A stretch of DNA of 64,000 nucleotides, from NCBI GenBank assembly GCA_964106915.2, contig OZ066914.1; one strand, given 5' to 3'. Numbering within the stretch: position 1 is the stretch's first letter; the number at the start of each line of letters is the position of its first letter. Position numbers and translations under genes: made by a program. Shown one piece after another: positions 23,532 to 37,100 of the stretch. Below the pieces are notes generated by a model. It did not search any database. It had not been told where the DNA came from and saw only the letters and a program-made list of their open reading frames with translations. This DNA comes from Podarcis gaigeae (taxonomy: Eukaryota).

Positions 23532-26500
23532 TTTCATAAATTAACAGAAAGGTGCTTATAGTTTAGCTAACAGGAAACAGGGGGAGGTTATGAAAAAGAA
23601 ATGGCTATAAAAGGGTATAAAAATACTTGCCATTATTCAGTTTCACTGCATAAGTTTTAATGTGCTGAAAAAGTAATATAAAGTGCAGAGCTAAGAAATA
23701 TGAAATGTAGCACATTCTAAACCTTTGTTTGCGAAGATAAACACTACAGCACATCCTGGAACATATTTTTATTACAATAATCAAACCTGAATTTTATTAA
23801 CATTCCATATAATATAGAGTTCAGATTAACTTAAGGACTGTAGAACACCATTGCAAAAATTCCAGTCTGTAGTTTTTCTTGTTTGATTTTCCTATTTCAT
23901 TTTTAAGTTGGTTCAATGAAATTAAATCTGTGTTAAAAGAATACTGGTATGCTATTTCTACTGCTACTTCACATTTACGTAGCACCAGCAGTGTGCAAGG
24001 CAGTACACTAAGAAGGATTTTAAACTGCCATACTTGTCTTAACATTTCTGGATTAACTCATTGTCAGCTTTGCTGCCACATTGATAAATTAAAGTAATCT
24101 TGCATAAATCAGTAGTAAAAATTCTCATACATTTCTCAGGTACTATACAATTTTGCCCTCTTCACATTTTTGAAAAATAAATAAAAGGGATACAACCCAG
24201 TGTATCCACTACCTAATATAAGATGATGTGATCAAATTTGCCAATGTAAACAGTGTTAGTGCATTTAGATAAATGGTGACTATGCACGGTTTCTGTGATT
24301 CTTTAAAACCATTTCTGGGGTTGGGAAGAGTCCATAAAAGCTCTCTTTCAAAATTAATTATTTGCTGCGTTGCCTTTTTCTACAGACAGTACTTCTGAAC
24401 CTATATGACACTGAACATTTCTGAAACACTGTTGGCTATGCACACTACGGTAATTATTTGGAGAATGAAAGAAAAAAGTGTAAGATTTACCTAGAATGTG
24501 GGGAATGTGTGGCCCTCCAGATGGTGCTGGACTCAACAGCTCCAGCCAGCATGGCCAGTGGAGTCCATCTAGATTGATAGACGCCTTCGCTAATTGTGGT
24601 CGGGATACTGCACAGACAGTTTTGAATTTTGCTGTTGTTGCTTTCTTTTTAAATGAATCAAAACATATAGAATGCTTGAGGGAGAAAAGAGACCTGATGT
24701 ATCCTTTCCATGCAATTATCCCTCTATATGGTTCCATTTACTGCTTGAGAGGTTTTTTTTAAAAAAAATCTTTCACAGATTTTATAAAAAAGTGAAATGT
24801 AAAATCATTTTAAAAATTAATAGAACCAGAGGTCAAGGTTCGTTACACAGGATTCTAAAACTCTTTGGCCCTGTTTGAAGCAATTTCCGTTCCTGGGCCT
24901 GCATGCGTAAACCCATTCCGCTCTTTTACGAATCCAAAAAGACCATGCATCAATTTGACACACCTAGAATGGTCACTGCCTGTACTCCTTCCGTCCCTGC
25001 AAACACAATACGGCTCTTCCACCGACATGGCTACAAGACGTCCTTGCACAGCTATATATTTTCAACAGGGCATAAATACACAGGCCCAGATCACATGGTC
25101 AATTACTAGATTTTATCTAAAACATAAACTATGCTATCCAAGCCTACATACATTGCATTTAACGTGTATGCTTCATTAAAGTATTATACTCGCATGTGGA
25201 TGTCCTCTGGCCTCAGAAAGGGAACTGATGCAATGAGTGGGAGGCATGATTCCCACCACCAACACACACATACCGTAGGTAGCAGAGTATTGTCTGATAC
25301 TGGTTCCTGATGCCATCATTATGCAGTTTTGCTGAATGCACTGCTAGTTAAATTGCTGATAGAACTACTCTAAGCAGGTTATATTATAGGAAGATTCTTT
25401 TGTCTACCAGCATAAGAACAAATTACAAATCTGACAGAAAGGATGTGCAAAGTTTGCTGCTGTATTAGACTAAAGAGCCATCATTCTTTCTCTGCTATGG
25501 TCAGGCAAAGGCTTCTGGAAGCATACTAGCAGAGCATAATGGATGGCCATCCCTGTTTGTCTCAAGCATCTGGTAAACAGACGTATGTTGCCTCCAAACA
25601 TGGAGATTTCATTCCTTTCAACTGTCTAACAGTTGTTTGTAGACCTATCCTCCATTAATTTGCCTAATTGGGGTTTTTTAAAGCCAATATAGCAGCCATG
25701 GCCATCATCACACCTCTTAACTAGAGGTTGCATTCACTGTAATAACCTCCAGGAACAGAAGAGATTTATACATATGGATGGGATCCTTCCATGAGTGCAA
25801 CTTTCCTTCCATGAATGGAAGCTCTTTCCATTCATGCAGCATTTACACTAGATGCACTCCTACTATGTCTTTGGTTGAAAAAGGCCCTCATTCTGTTGCA
25901 CTTAACTAGCTGCCTTTTAATTCACTGATTTGACCCTGTATTCTATTACTGTGAGAACTGCCTTTATCTTCTGCTTTCTCCCATTCATAAGTTTATAAAC
26001 TGCTGACGTGGTAACCTTGTCTAAATAGGTGCTGTCTAAATTGCAACATACTCATTTTCAGACCCCTGGCATACATGCTGACTCAACAAAAAGCCTGGTT
26101 ATAGTATGTTGCACACTAGGAGATCTAGTATATGAAATATATGGGGCCCCCATTTTGTCAGAAATAGCCAGGCAGATTCCATTGCATTCAGCAGAGTATA
26201 AGCACACCTGGTCAATAGCAGTGGGGAAAGGACCCCCTTCATGATCGCAACACTGTGCTTTGGAAAAATATGCATGGAAGAATAGTGCATATCCTAAATT
26301 ACTAAAATTGAAATTTACTATAATTATCATGTTGCCTCATCCAGCTCTATGGAAAGCCATCAGGGTTCAGCCTGATAGGGTGACAGTCTTAAGTTCTAAA
26401 GAGCATATGACAAATCTTTTGAACAAGTTTAAAATACTTTCTAAAGTATTTTAAATCTTGTAATTTGTTTTTAATGTTTTATTATAAAATGTAACCTGTC

Positions 26501-26596
26501 CTGGGATCTTAGGGTGAAGGGGGTGGGTAACAACAACAATTTTTATAAAATTATTTAGCAGGTTGCCATCAAGTTTCTAATCAAGAAATATCTGAC

Positions 26597-26695
26597 CTGA
26601 CATGCTTCTTCTAGTTCATTCAATGACATTCTGGTATTAGCTTCAGTTTGTCTGTAGAGCAGTTGCTGCATATGTTGTAGAGACGCAATCATTTC
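26597..26695 (-). CDS. CCDC73: CCDC73 coding exon 12 equivalent
   Basis: aaaAG / GTcaga, 99 nt; EMIASLQHMQQLLYRQTEANTRMSLNELEEACQ. Confidence 0.92.
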
Positions 26696-27779
26696 CTTTT
26701 TAATAAAAGAAATGCATTCTCTTTTAAATGACAGGATTATTCTGTAAAGCTGAGCACAACAGGATATGCATATATATTTGTAACTTCTTTATTTAAATGT
26801 TGCTATTGTTATACTTGTGTAGGAAGATGGTTCAATCATAACCAGAGGCCTCCTTATCCTGAATGTCAAAGGTAAAAGACTGGGAGAATATAATGGCATA
26901 TTGGCTTGAAGGTCAGAGGAGTATGAAGTAGTGGTTAATCTCATACAACTTGAAGTTTCAAACTGCTGCAGCTGAAATTCAGTGTTTTATTGCTCCCATG
27001 ACTATGAAGATGCTAGACCATTCTGAGCTTCCAAGCAACATGCACAATATTGGGGGGAGGGGAAAAATTATAAAAAGATAACTAATTACAGGTTCATAAT
27101 TTAAGAGTCACGTCAGTAAAGTTCTATTGGTAAACCTAAACAGCATTACCAGTTCAGGATGTATTATTTCACATCAAATTAATATGTTTCTTGGGTCTTC
27201 AGGTTTCAATACTAGAGATGCTCTAAGTCATGCAAATTTGTATCATGCATTGTGAAAACAAGTATTAGATCACCAAACTCATTGTATATGATTTAAAGTA
27301 GTTATATAATTGAGATTCTCAATTCAAAATACACTGAAATCAAACGTCTATAATGCCAGTAGTAAAACTCACACAAATGTTTTACAGATTGAATACCTCA
27401 TCCAAATAAATAAATATTAATTTAGCTTGTCTTTGAGTAGGCTTACTATTATAAAGTATTTGTGGAGTGTTTGTTTACCATTTCTACAGCAATAAAATAT
27501 TTTCTTAGTTTTCTTAAAATGCATTAGCAGATTAGGTAAAGCACAACATCCACAATTTAAGGCTACAATCTCATGCATATGTCTTTGGGAGCTGGGAGTT
27601 GAAATTTTGGTAGTAAAGTGCTCCCAACCCACTGCTAGAATCTAAAGTTTCAGTTGTGATGATGAAGTCAAGGAGCATCCTTTGACTATAAGGCTGCAAT
27701 CTTGCATACACTTACCTGAGAGTTTGTCTCGCTGAACTTAATGGGGCTTACTTCTGAATAGAAATGTTTGAATTCAACT

Positions 27780-28102
27780 CAGAGCCAGCCGAAGACATTT
27801 TGGTACCTGAGGCAAGCCACAAAATGGCACCATCGCAACCACCAGGGAAGAATGAGTGAGTGAATACCTACATCAGGAACAAGGGGAGAATGGGAGGAGA
27901 CCAGCTGTGCCTCCTATTCACCTAGAGGTCGCTGTAAAGGTGGCAAGGGGGAGCTTCCAACATGGCAGATTCAAGGAGTGTGCTGCAGCTGTTTCACAGC
28001 AGCAGCAGGCAATGTATTCTTTGGAGACAGGATCTGCTGTCCCTGTGGATCCTGCCACCTGAAGTGGTGGCCTCACCTTGTCTCATGGGTGGGTCAGTCC
28101 TG
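27780..28102. mobile_element. hAT (Tip100-like) non-autonomous element
   Basis: Degenerate TIRs cagagccagcc / ggtcagtcctg; 8-bp TSD attcaact at 27772-27779 and 28103-28110. Confidence 0.82.
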
Positions 28103-28443
28103 ATTCAACTGTATATCTGAGTAACCAGGGAAGGCCTTATCAACAATGGTCGTACATTTCCCCCCAGGCCATAGGACTCTAAGCACTCTTATTTTAACTT
28201 TATATGGATTCATCCTTTGACAACATGGCTTAATGACTGCCATCAGTTAACATCTTGCAGCTTCATACTGGCTGGGCTATGGTACAAAAGGAACGGTTCA
28301 ACCACATAATAAAAATAAAAAAGGCCTAAAAGTATACATATCGCAGAAAACTACAAAGTTTACTATACAAAGCTGTAATTTTAATTGCACATGTTCTTAA
28401 TAAATGTCACTGATATATAATATATTCTTAATATATAAATTAC

Positions 28444-28503
28444 CTGCTTTTCTTCCTTAAGTTGTGCATTTTCTTCAGTGAGTCTTATATTAAATTCTCT
28501 CTC
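28444..28503 (-). CDS. CCDC73: CCDC73 coding exon 11 equivalent
   Basis: tatAG / GTaatt, 60 nt; EREFNIRLTEENAQLKEEKQ. Confidence 0.92.
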
Positions 28504-28981
28504 CTATAAATGAAATAAACCATGTCATTGGCCCCTTATGGTTTGTGCTGCAAGCACAGCACCCCATGAGAAAGAGAGGGTGCAGAAAAGAGGGGTCAGA
28601 TAACAGGAAACTCCTCTATACAGAGCAGTGAGTGTAGGAGGTAATGGGAGGATGCAAAGTGCAATTGGATTGTACCCTAACAATATTATATAGCCATGTT
28701 TACCATTCAACAGTATTATAACAGATTTTACACAGAAAAATATAAAAGGATTTTAACATCCAGCATGACCATTATACTATATACTATACACTATACTATA
28801 TATAGTATAGGAACTATTAAACTACTTAACAGTGCACTGCGTATTTACTATAGTTGCCTAGTACTATAGAATTTAAAACAGTGCAACCACACTGAAAACA
28901 CTATTAAAATATCAGTATAGATCTATTTTTTATAAATTAATAACATGAAATCTTAACTGGCAAAAAATAATTATCAAATAC

Positions 28982-29110
28982 CATTGAATATTTTTGCTGT
29001 AGCTCTTTCAACTCCCATTCCTTTGCTGTAAGATTGAGATTTTCATCTCCCACTCTGTGCTGACAAGTGACATTGGACCTTATCAAGTCTGCTGTAACTT
29101 TCTTTAGCTC
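28982..29110 (-). CDS. CCDC73: CCDC73 coding exon 10 equivalent
   Basis: ttaAG / GTattt, 129 nt; ELKKVTADLIRSNVTCQHRVGDENLNLTAKEWELKELQQKYSM. Confidence 0.94.
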
Positions 29111-31456
29111 CTTAATAAGGAAACAACCATAAATAGTTCACCCAAGATTATTTCTGCAATGCCAAGCAAGACAAAAAATCTTTCCGCCTCCAACTAATGC
29201 CCTTCTAAGCAAAATACAGAGACAAGAATATTAATGGCATTAAATATAAATAAAATTGACAGTGACAGCTTATCTTTGAAATGATGTTTCACAGTTACAG
29301 GTCCCTTGTGTGGTTACCCATACGTTTTTTACATTTTAGATTTACACTGCTTTCACAAAAATAGGTGTTTTTAATGCTTCACTGTTGCCCTTTTTATAAC
29401 TAGAAATAAATGAACATTGCATTAGTTTGTGGCTGATACTGTATGTTGCAATGATACCAGAAGGTCCACAAGAGCTGCTACTCTAAACAACTGACAGAAG
29501 GAGAAACGAAGATCACTAATTATTCTAAGTACTCTCACTGCTTCATCCCAGAAGAGTTAAGAATACATTAGTTTAATATATTTGACCTGTGTTTACCTTT
29601 AAAATGTTAATATTTTGCAACTATATTTATTTCACAATTCTGTCTGCTGCCCTTCCTAGCTTGTTTAAAGCAACTAGTACAGCAAATAAACAGTACAGGC
29701 TTTGATCTTATTAAATTACAATGTATAGTTTCTGGAGTCATAAATATTGCATCTTTCCCCCACCCCTCCCTCTTTTGTATGGGGTAGCCTGTTCAGTATC
29801 TCTCTCTCCTTGAGTGCTCTGACGTTTACTCAGACAAATAGCAAAGGTTATGAATGCTGTTTGTAGATAATATCAAGAATTCTTCATGATGCCACAGCAC
29901 TGAACCAAGCATTCAGAATGGCAATAGTTTTATCTAGCAGCAACTAAGTTTGGTCTGTTTAACTTTTCTTCATAAAAGTGGAATTTCCCCTTATCACAAT
30001 CCAATAGTTTAACTGTTCTGGACAAAATCATATAACAGTGGAAAGTAGAAATGGTTATTATCTGAGCTGCTGAATTTTATGAATGCCAAGCTACCCAAAT
30101 ACCCAAGCTACCAATTTAATAAAATTAATAAAATGCAGGTAATTTTTGAAAGGATTTTAAAAGGCACCGTATGCCAATGAGAAGATGTACACCCTATTAA
30201 AATGCAAAAAAAAAAAAAAAGAATGCTAAACTATTGTCATCAACACTGATCTCATTCTCACTCCTCCCCTCCCCAAAAACCTGTCGGTATGGAAAATAAA
30301 CACTCAAATTATTGTGGAAATTCTGTTTCTTTTTTGTATTGGCATCTATTTGCCTTTTGATGATGGGGAAGGGTTCTAAAGAGCTTAGAGAGGTTGCTCA
30401 GCTGCTATGGTTCTGGCAGAGGGCAATCTGTTCATAGAGAGTTCCAACAGTGCCCGTCCGCCAGCAGAACAGAAGAAGTTGGCAGAACCCTGGGACAGGT
30501 GGATGCATGGGAGAGGAAAGAAAGGAGACGTCTGTTTGCATAAAGTTGGGTGTCGCTCAAGCTGTTGTCTGGGCTATTTTGTTGCATAACTCTAGTAGAG
30601 GAATGTAATCTACCTAGCAGTTTGAAGTGGGATAAGGAGTGACATTGCCGAAATACTGCCGCATCCGCAGGAGAGATGGGAAGAGGGCAGTTTCTTTACA
30701 AATTTTTCACCACACCAGCTCCAGGTATCAACTTGCGTATGGGTTCTTTGGTTTCTGAAGACTTATGACTACAGCCTGAACTGCCCACAATCTGAACAAG
30801 TATGTAAGTATACATAAAAACTGGATGCTAATGGGATCCATGGAAAAGCCCATGCAATCATTCACTGTCATATCAATTCACCCTTAATACATTATACTGT
30901 CTGTTTACAAATACTAGTTGGTGTAGCCCACCTACTCTCAAGGGTATGTTGCCAAGGGCCTATAAAACTATTGCAGAGCCTTCCCGTTACTTTCAAGGCA
31001 CAATTCTGCTTGCTGGCTTTGACTTCCAAATCTCTTGCTGGCTCAGGCCTAACAGACCTGTGAGACTAATCTCTCACATAAAATCCACTGCGACTTTTAA
31101 GACGAGCTGAGCATCCGTTCTTGATTATAATCACAAAGTTCAAACAGCAAGGATACAGAGGGAGATATTTTTGGATGACCACTCCTCCGTTTTAGAACAT
31201 GCCTCCCCTAGGGTCTGTTAAAACCTAAGTCTGCATGCCTCCTGAAAGTCTTGTAAAACTTTCATGTTTAGGCTGCTCTTAAGCAGGATTAAGCAGATAT
31301 ATGGTAATTTTATATTTCTATATTTCATACACATTTAATTGGATAAGTTGCAGCCTTTTCATATTTCCTTCATTTTTAGCTTTTGGCCAACCACTTTGAG
31401 AAGAGGTGGGATAGATATATAATTAAATAAATAAATAAATAAATAAAATACAATAC

Positions 31457-32217
31457 TGTCAGAGTTGCCTCCAGGTCCCAGCTCACAGAGGACCAACGCT
31501 AGTCCATAATAACGTATAAAAGTCTTTATTGAAGATTAGTTTCCATTTCCAAACCGCAGCGTGCAACTCTACGTCTTAGAACCTAGACCGGCGAAGCTCC
31601 ATCTGAGTCTCCGCCTCCTAGACACCAGTTTAAGACTCTAGCCTTACTCCACCTCTTCCGTTGTTCTTTCCTCCTCTGGGTCCTTCTGCCCCCTGGGGTT
31701 TCCTCCTTTCTGGACTCTTCTGACGCTGACCCCCCTGAGTCTTGCCCCTCCTTCCGGCGGGCTTTAGGACCTGGCTCCCTATCTGGGCTACCTGCTGTGC
31801 CGCTCGCCTGTACATTTGAACTTGGCGCGCGCGCCCATCCAGTAACTTTCCTCTTGACCGTTTCCCCGCTCTCCGATGGAGGCGTGGTCAATCCTGACTC
31901 ATCTCCTCTCGCTGGTGGTGAAAACACTGGTCCCGATGCCTGGGACTCCCCCCCCCCCACTGCGCTCTGGTGGGGAAGCTGGTCCTGATTTCCAACTGCT
32001 GCTCTGGGAGTCCCCGCTGGCCCCTTCCTTCTGGGGTTTCCCCCTTGGCACCCCCCTTGCCCTGGCCATCGGCGCTCCCTTCTGTGAATCTTCCGATTCG
32101 CTGGAGAGGCTCATGGAATCCCTCTGATCACTGTCACCGCCTACGCTCCCCTCGGATTCCTCCCCCTCGCTCTCCATTTCCTCCCTCTCCTGTGCCTCTG
32201 CTCCTGAGCCCCTGACA
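31457..32217 (-). mobile_element. Solo LTR of an LTR retrotransposon or ERV (761 bp)
   Basis: TGTCAG...CTGACA termini; 5-bp TSD aatac at 31452-31456 and 32218-32222; AATAAA at 31525-31530 (-); GC/CpG-rich against AT-rich flanks. Confidence 0.9.
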
Positions 32218-32228
32218 AATACACTTAC

Positions 32229-32308
32229 CTCTTTTAGGTTATCCATCTCAGACTTTTGTCTTGCATTCAGTGCTCTCAATTTCTTATTGAGTTGAATTGC
32301 TTCCACAA
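32229..32308 (-). CDS. CCDC73: CCDC73 coding exon 9 equivalent
   Basis: ataAG / GTaagt, 80 nt, phase 1 to 0; (V)VEAIQLNKKLRALNARQKSEMDNLKE. Confidence 0.94.
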
Positions 32309-33701
32309 CTTATGAATGGGTTTGGATAAGATAAAAAAAGTAAAGAACTAATATTAAAATACTTTTATGTCTGAATTTTCTACAGAATAAATGTAACCTA
32401 CAGAATCTGTGGAGAAATTATGTCCAGAGGCAGATGTTGACAGTCCCTCTGGAAAATAGGAGTAATCAGCTGTATGTGTGATTACTCAGTTTCATATATT
32501 ATATTCCACTTTTGTCTTATAGAGTTCATATATTTCACTTCTTAAATTGGAGGTGGGTGGAGTTTTTTTTAGAAATCAGGTTTTGACACCCACCTGCCAT
32601 ATATTTGTAAAATATTTATGCAGCATAAAATTGGTGCATACTGAAATAAAACCTAAATCTAGCAATTTTTTTACATGTGATTAAGCAAAAAGAGATTAAT
32701 ATTAGTAGTTTGGAAAGTGGAAGACATTTCTTGTTCAATACATGACCTTCCATAGGATTTTTCAAGAGACAGTAGTTTCATGCTCAGAATATACATGGTG
32801 ATTACCATTGTTGCTGCACTATCATATGAACTTCCTCTGCTGTAAAAGTGCAATGCAGTTAGTACAGGAAATACATTATTTTCTTGTTGAACAGAACCAG
32901 CTAATATATATTGAATATTTTAATGTATAATAATAATAATATATTTATCATTTGTAAGCATTTACTTTGCACATGAAATTATATTAAAATATTGAAAATA
33001 TATTAAAATCTCTTACATCTTTGTTTTGAAAAGATAATTGATTTTTAAGAATCGAATTTTAAGAATATTTAATACATAGGACGGTATTCAGCTATATTTT
33101 ACTCAGAACAGACCCTCTGAAATTAAATTAATGTTTAATTGTTCCATTCAGAGTAAAAATGATTTTGAGTGGTTTACAGATGATGACAGTGTTTTGTAAC
33201 AGTGTACCTCCTGTGATGGGAAGGAGTGATTTAATTGTCTGATTGATTAAGTAGTAATCACTGCTCCTTTCTCCCTACACCAGGCCAACTCCTCCTTCTG
33301 TTACATCCGACCAACCCTCTCAGTCAACCCAAGCCCCCCTCTCCCCCCTCATAGCTAACCACAACTCCCACCCTGTTTTAAAGTGGGGAGGTGCTATAGA
33401 AAGCAGCTTTCTGAAGTACTGCCCTTGTTAAACTTAACAGAGCAGTTTGTGAAGCACCTCCCTACAAGTTAAACAGCTTGTCTGTGTCATCTGTCACACT
33501 GTCATCAAGCTAGAGTTAGTTTGGCCACCAACTGAACCACCTGACACTATCTATATAAGGACGATGTACAATAGCATGCACTATGAGGTACAATTTATGA
33601 ACAACAGGTGTTAGTAAAGGATGGTTGGTTAATTTTATCTTGAATATATAATTTTTTGTATTGATAGTGACATTATGTTTTGTTTTTTGCTGTAAATAGA
33701 G

Positions 33702-33703
<2 letters not shown>

Positions 33704-33732
<29 letters not shown>
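33704..33732. repeat. (AAT)n microsatellite
   Basis: Direct reading of the trinucleotide run. Confidence 0.9.
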
Positions 33733-34021
33733 GTCTTAATATGCCACATCTCAGGACTTGGGGAGGAGCAAAAATGAACTGATTAAATGTCCTGCTCCCT
33801 GCCTCCCTCGATCTTGTATTTGTATCCGGTTGCTGGCTGTGGGTGTGCCACTACATTTCTGTCTATTTAGTCACTTCCTTCTCATCCCCCAATATTTGTG
33901 GAAGACCACCAATAAGGGGTAAGCTGTCATTCTCCCCTGCTCCCATGGGTTTTGCTGTATTTCTCAGCCTTCACACATAAGGGCTGGATCATGTCCTAGA
34001 TTCATCACATAATTTATTTAC

Positions 34022-34157
34022 CATTCTGCTCTAATCTCGCATGAGCGTCTTTTATTTTTCTCAGCTGACTTGTGATAACTGTATGGCATTTTTCAACTTC
34101 GTTCAGACTCTTCTGATGGTCCTCCTTTGCTAACACGTGTAATTGCAACTTTTGCTC
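34022..34157 (-). CDS. CCDC73: CCDC73 coding exon 8 equivalent
   Basis: cgcAG / GTaaat, 136 nt; EQKLQLHVLAKEDHQKSLNEVEKCHTVITSQLRKIKDAHARLEQN. Confidence 0.95.
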
Positions 34158-37100
34158 CTGCGTTAAAGAAAGAAAAGAAAATAGTTAAAGACAAACTTTT
34201 CACATTGAATGATGTATTAACTTTATAAATTACCGTAGATGATGCAGGAATGATAAACACACTTATTGACAGGTATGCCCCAATGAACACAGTGGAGCTT
34301 ACTTCTAAACAAGCATACATAGAAATTGTGCTGACATTCCACGTGGAAGGGCAATAATCTTCCAGCACAGTTATTAAAGATCCCTGTAAGGTAGGACAGA
34401 AGCCACTGTAGAACTGTGCCTCCCCTATTTCCACTCCACTCCCACTGTCATGAATATCATTGCTAATGGTATGGAAAAGGCAACAAGTGATACAGAGAAT
34501 CACCAGAGGCTTTCCTGGTCAGAACCAGCACTTTCAGTCTTGAAGCCCAGGCAAAATGTGTCAACATGTGCTTTAATCTGTTTTTAGCTTTCTGTAGATA
34601 TTAATTTATTATTATGTATTTTGTTATTATTTTTATTTCCACAACTCCAAACAACTGCATGCAGGCACTTCTCTTGCTCCCCTATAACAAAGATCAAACT
34701 ATGTGTGATACAGGGAGATCCACACACCACCCATCTCCTGGCTGTTTTTAAAAACAGAAATGCAGGCACAGAGTGCAGTGGCATAGGGGAAAGATGTGAT
34801 AATGCTTTTCACTATGGACCAAAAATGTTCTCCACTCTTGCCATAAAGAAACTCTAGTGGGGCAGGATGGGGTCACAATATGTGAGTTTGCTACCCCTTC
34901 TAAAGGCATTCTTTGGAAGTTTAACCAAGTTCTTTAACACCAAGATCGGCAATGACAGGTAAGTTTATCCCAAAAGTAGCTTGCTCACCACTCTGATTCT
35001 TCCCCTGCTGCAGTGTGCAGCTTCCTGAGAGGATTGGGTAACACTCCAACAGAGCAATGACAAAGCCTAGCAGGAATGTTCTACTGAAGCATGCTTTGTG
35101 CTCTGCTAGAGTAATATGGAAAGGATAAAGGAAGAAAAGAGGGGACAGAGAAAAGGGATGGCACAAAGAGGAAAGTGCGATGCTCCACCTACTTTTGGCT
35201 TCAGTCCTACCAACTGCTGGCTCCAACCCTTCCCACTGCAAACCCCAGCTTCAACCACAACTAGTAAGCGACCCCAAAAAATTACCCCTAGGGAATGCAG
35301 TCCTTGGCAGAAAAAGGGCCCCCACCCCTGGTGTAAACAGACAAGACTGATGGACCCCTGAAGTTAGGTAACCAAACTGTCAAAGCACAATTCTAGCTAT
35401 AGCAGTTGGATTAGGACCCCTTTTTACCACAAATTTTCCAAATTATTTTCAACAAGTTGCCAGAACTCTGCAATCATCATCTGTGACTCTTGTCTATTTC
35501 TCTCCCTGCTACATATACCACCCTTTTTCAAAAGATCTCAAGGCAGTGTACAACATTAGAAACACATTACATTTAGGTGCCATAAGTTGTACTTGCCAGG
35601 GCATTTTAGCATATCATGTAACCCAATATAAACTATGGTTTTATCCAATCTGTTGAATTGTATAAGTTTTTTTTTTTTAAAAAAAAACTGCTGCTTCTGC
35701 TGTTTTGGTTTTGTACGCTTTATTCTTATTACATTTATATTTTGCCCTTCCTTCCAAAGCAGCACACGGCAGCATATATATGGTGTTATTATATTGTTTT
35801 ATTGAAGGGTGACACATTTTTTCCCCCCAAATTAGTAACAGATTATATTCCATTTCAATGACATACTCCTTTGCAGGGGCATAGAACTAAAGACAGAAGT
35901 TTAAGAGACTAACAGTGAATATATGTGTGGATTCAGTTAAGACCAATATTATATGCTAATTTATCATAACATAAGCCACTGAGCAGATTCTAGTTCATAA
36001 ATTTTAGTTCCTGAGAAGGTCAAGTATGACTTCTAAGTTTGGGTCTTTCTAATGTCACTGGGTTAATTATTCAAACACTCTTCTGGTCAAAATGACCTCA
36101 GAACTATTTCCTTGCATTTATTGTTCTATTATTGCATTGGCTCTCAACTATCCCTGCTTATCTCTTGTTCTTCTGCTTGGAAGTTCCTGTACTCTAAAAT
36201 AAGCGGGTATGCCTTGCCCAGTGATTTCATGTCACAGTAAGTATAACTGCAAATGCTGCACCCACTTATGCTATGTCCTGCTATGTGTGCTCCTAGTTTA
36301 CTATTTTCAAAGGGTCTACATTTAATTGGCTGCAAAATAACTTATGTTCATTTAATTTGGATGTTAAAATTTATGCCAACCATCTTGGTACTTCCAAAAT
36401 ATAAAGGCTTCAGTTCTGAAACTACTTTTTCCTCTTTTAACTTTATTGTGAAACCTCAGTTCTCACAACAAGACGAGCTAAAACCATGCAGCAGGTTTAA
36501 TATACATTTCAGCTTGCTGCGTGACCAAGTAGTTGTCTGATTGTTTTCCAAATTATTTTCAACTGGTGATGAGGCTAATAACATTCCCCTACTTCACTGT
36601 CAGTTAAAAGGCAATCTGCCTAGGTAGCAGAGAAACCAAGCAATCACTTGGCTATGTGAGAAGCTGTAATATGTATTGAACTTACCATGTGGCAAAGGCC
36701 AAATTCTGAATATGAAATGAAACTCAGCCCTAACGCTGACATGAATATGAATTTTTTAACAGTAGCGTCTTTATTACCATTGAGGAGATTTGTTTGGTCT
36801 GCTTGCAGGTAGATGTGTCAGTCATTTGTAATGGCAGGTTGGGGCACTTCTTCATGAACTGAGCACCTCTGCTCAAGAGAGAAGCCTATCCCATTGGAAA
36901 GGAGAGGCTGGGGTGTGTAGTGGTAAGTAAACCCTCTCTTGCATAGTGACCTAGCCTGTTGTTTCAGACAGTGGAATAACTTGAGTATCGACAAAAAGCA
37001 GACACCCTAGACCGCCATGTTAAGTAGAAAGCTAACAAGCCTCTCCTGGTGCAGTTCTATGCATGAGTAAATGCCATAACTTGTCACATAGTTTATCTCT

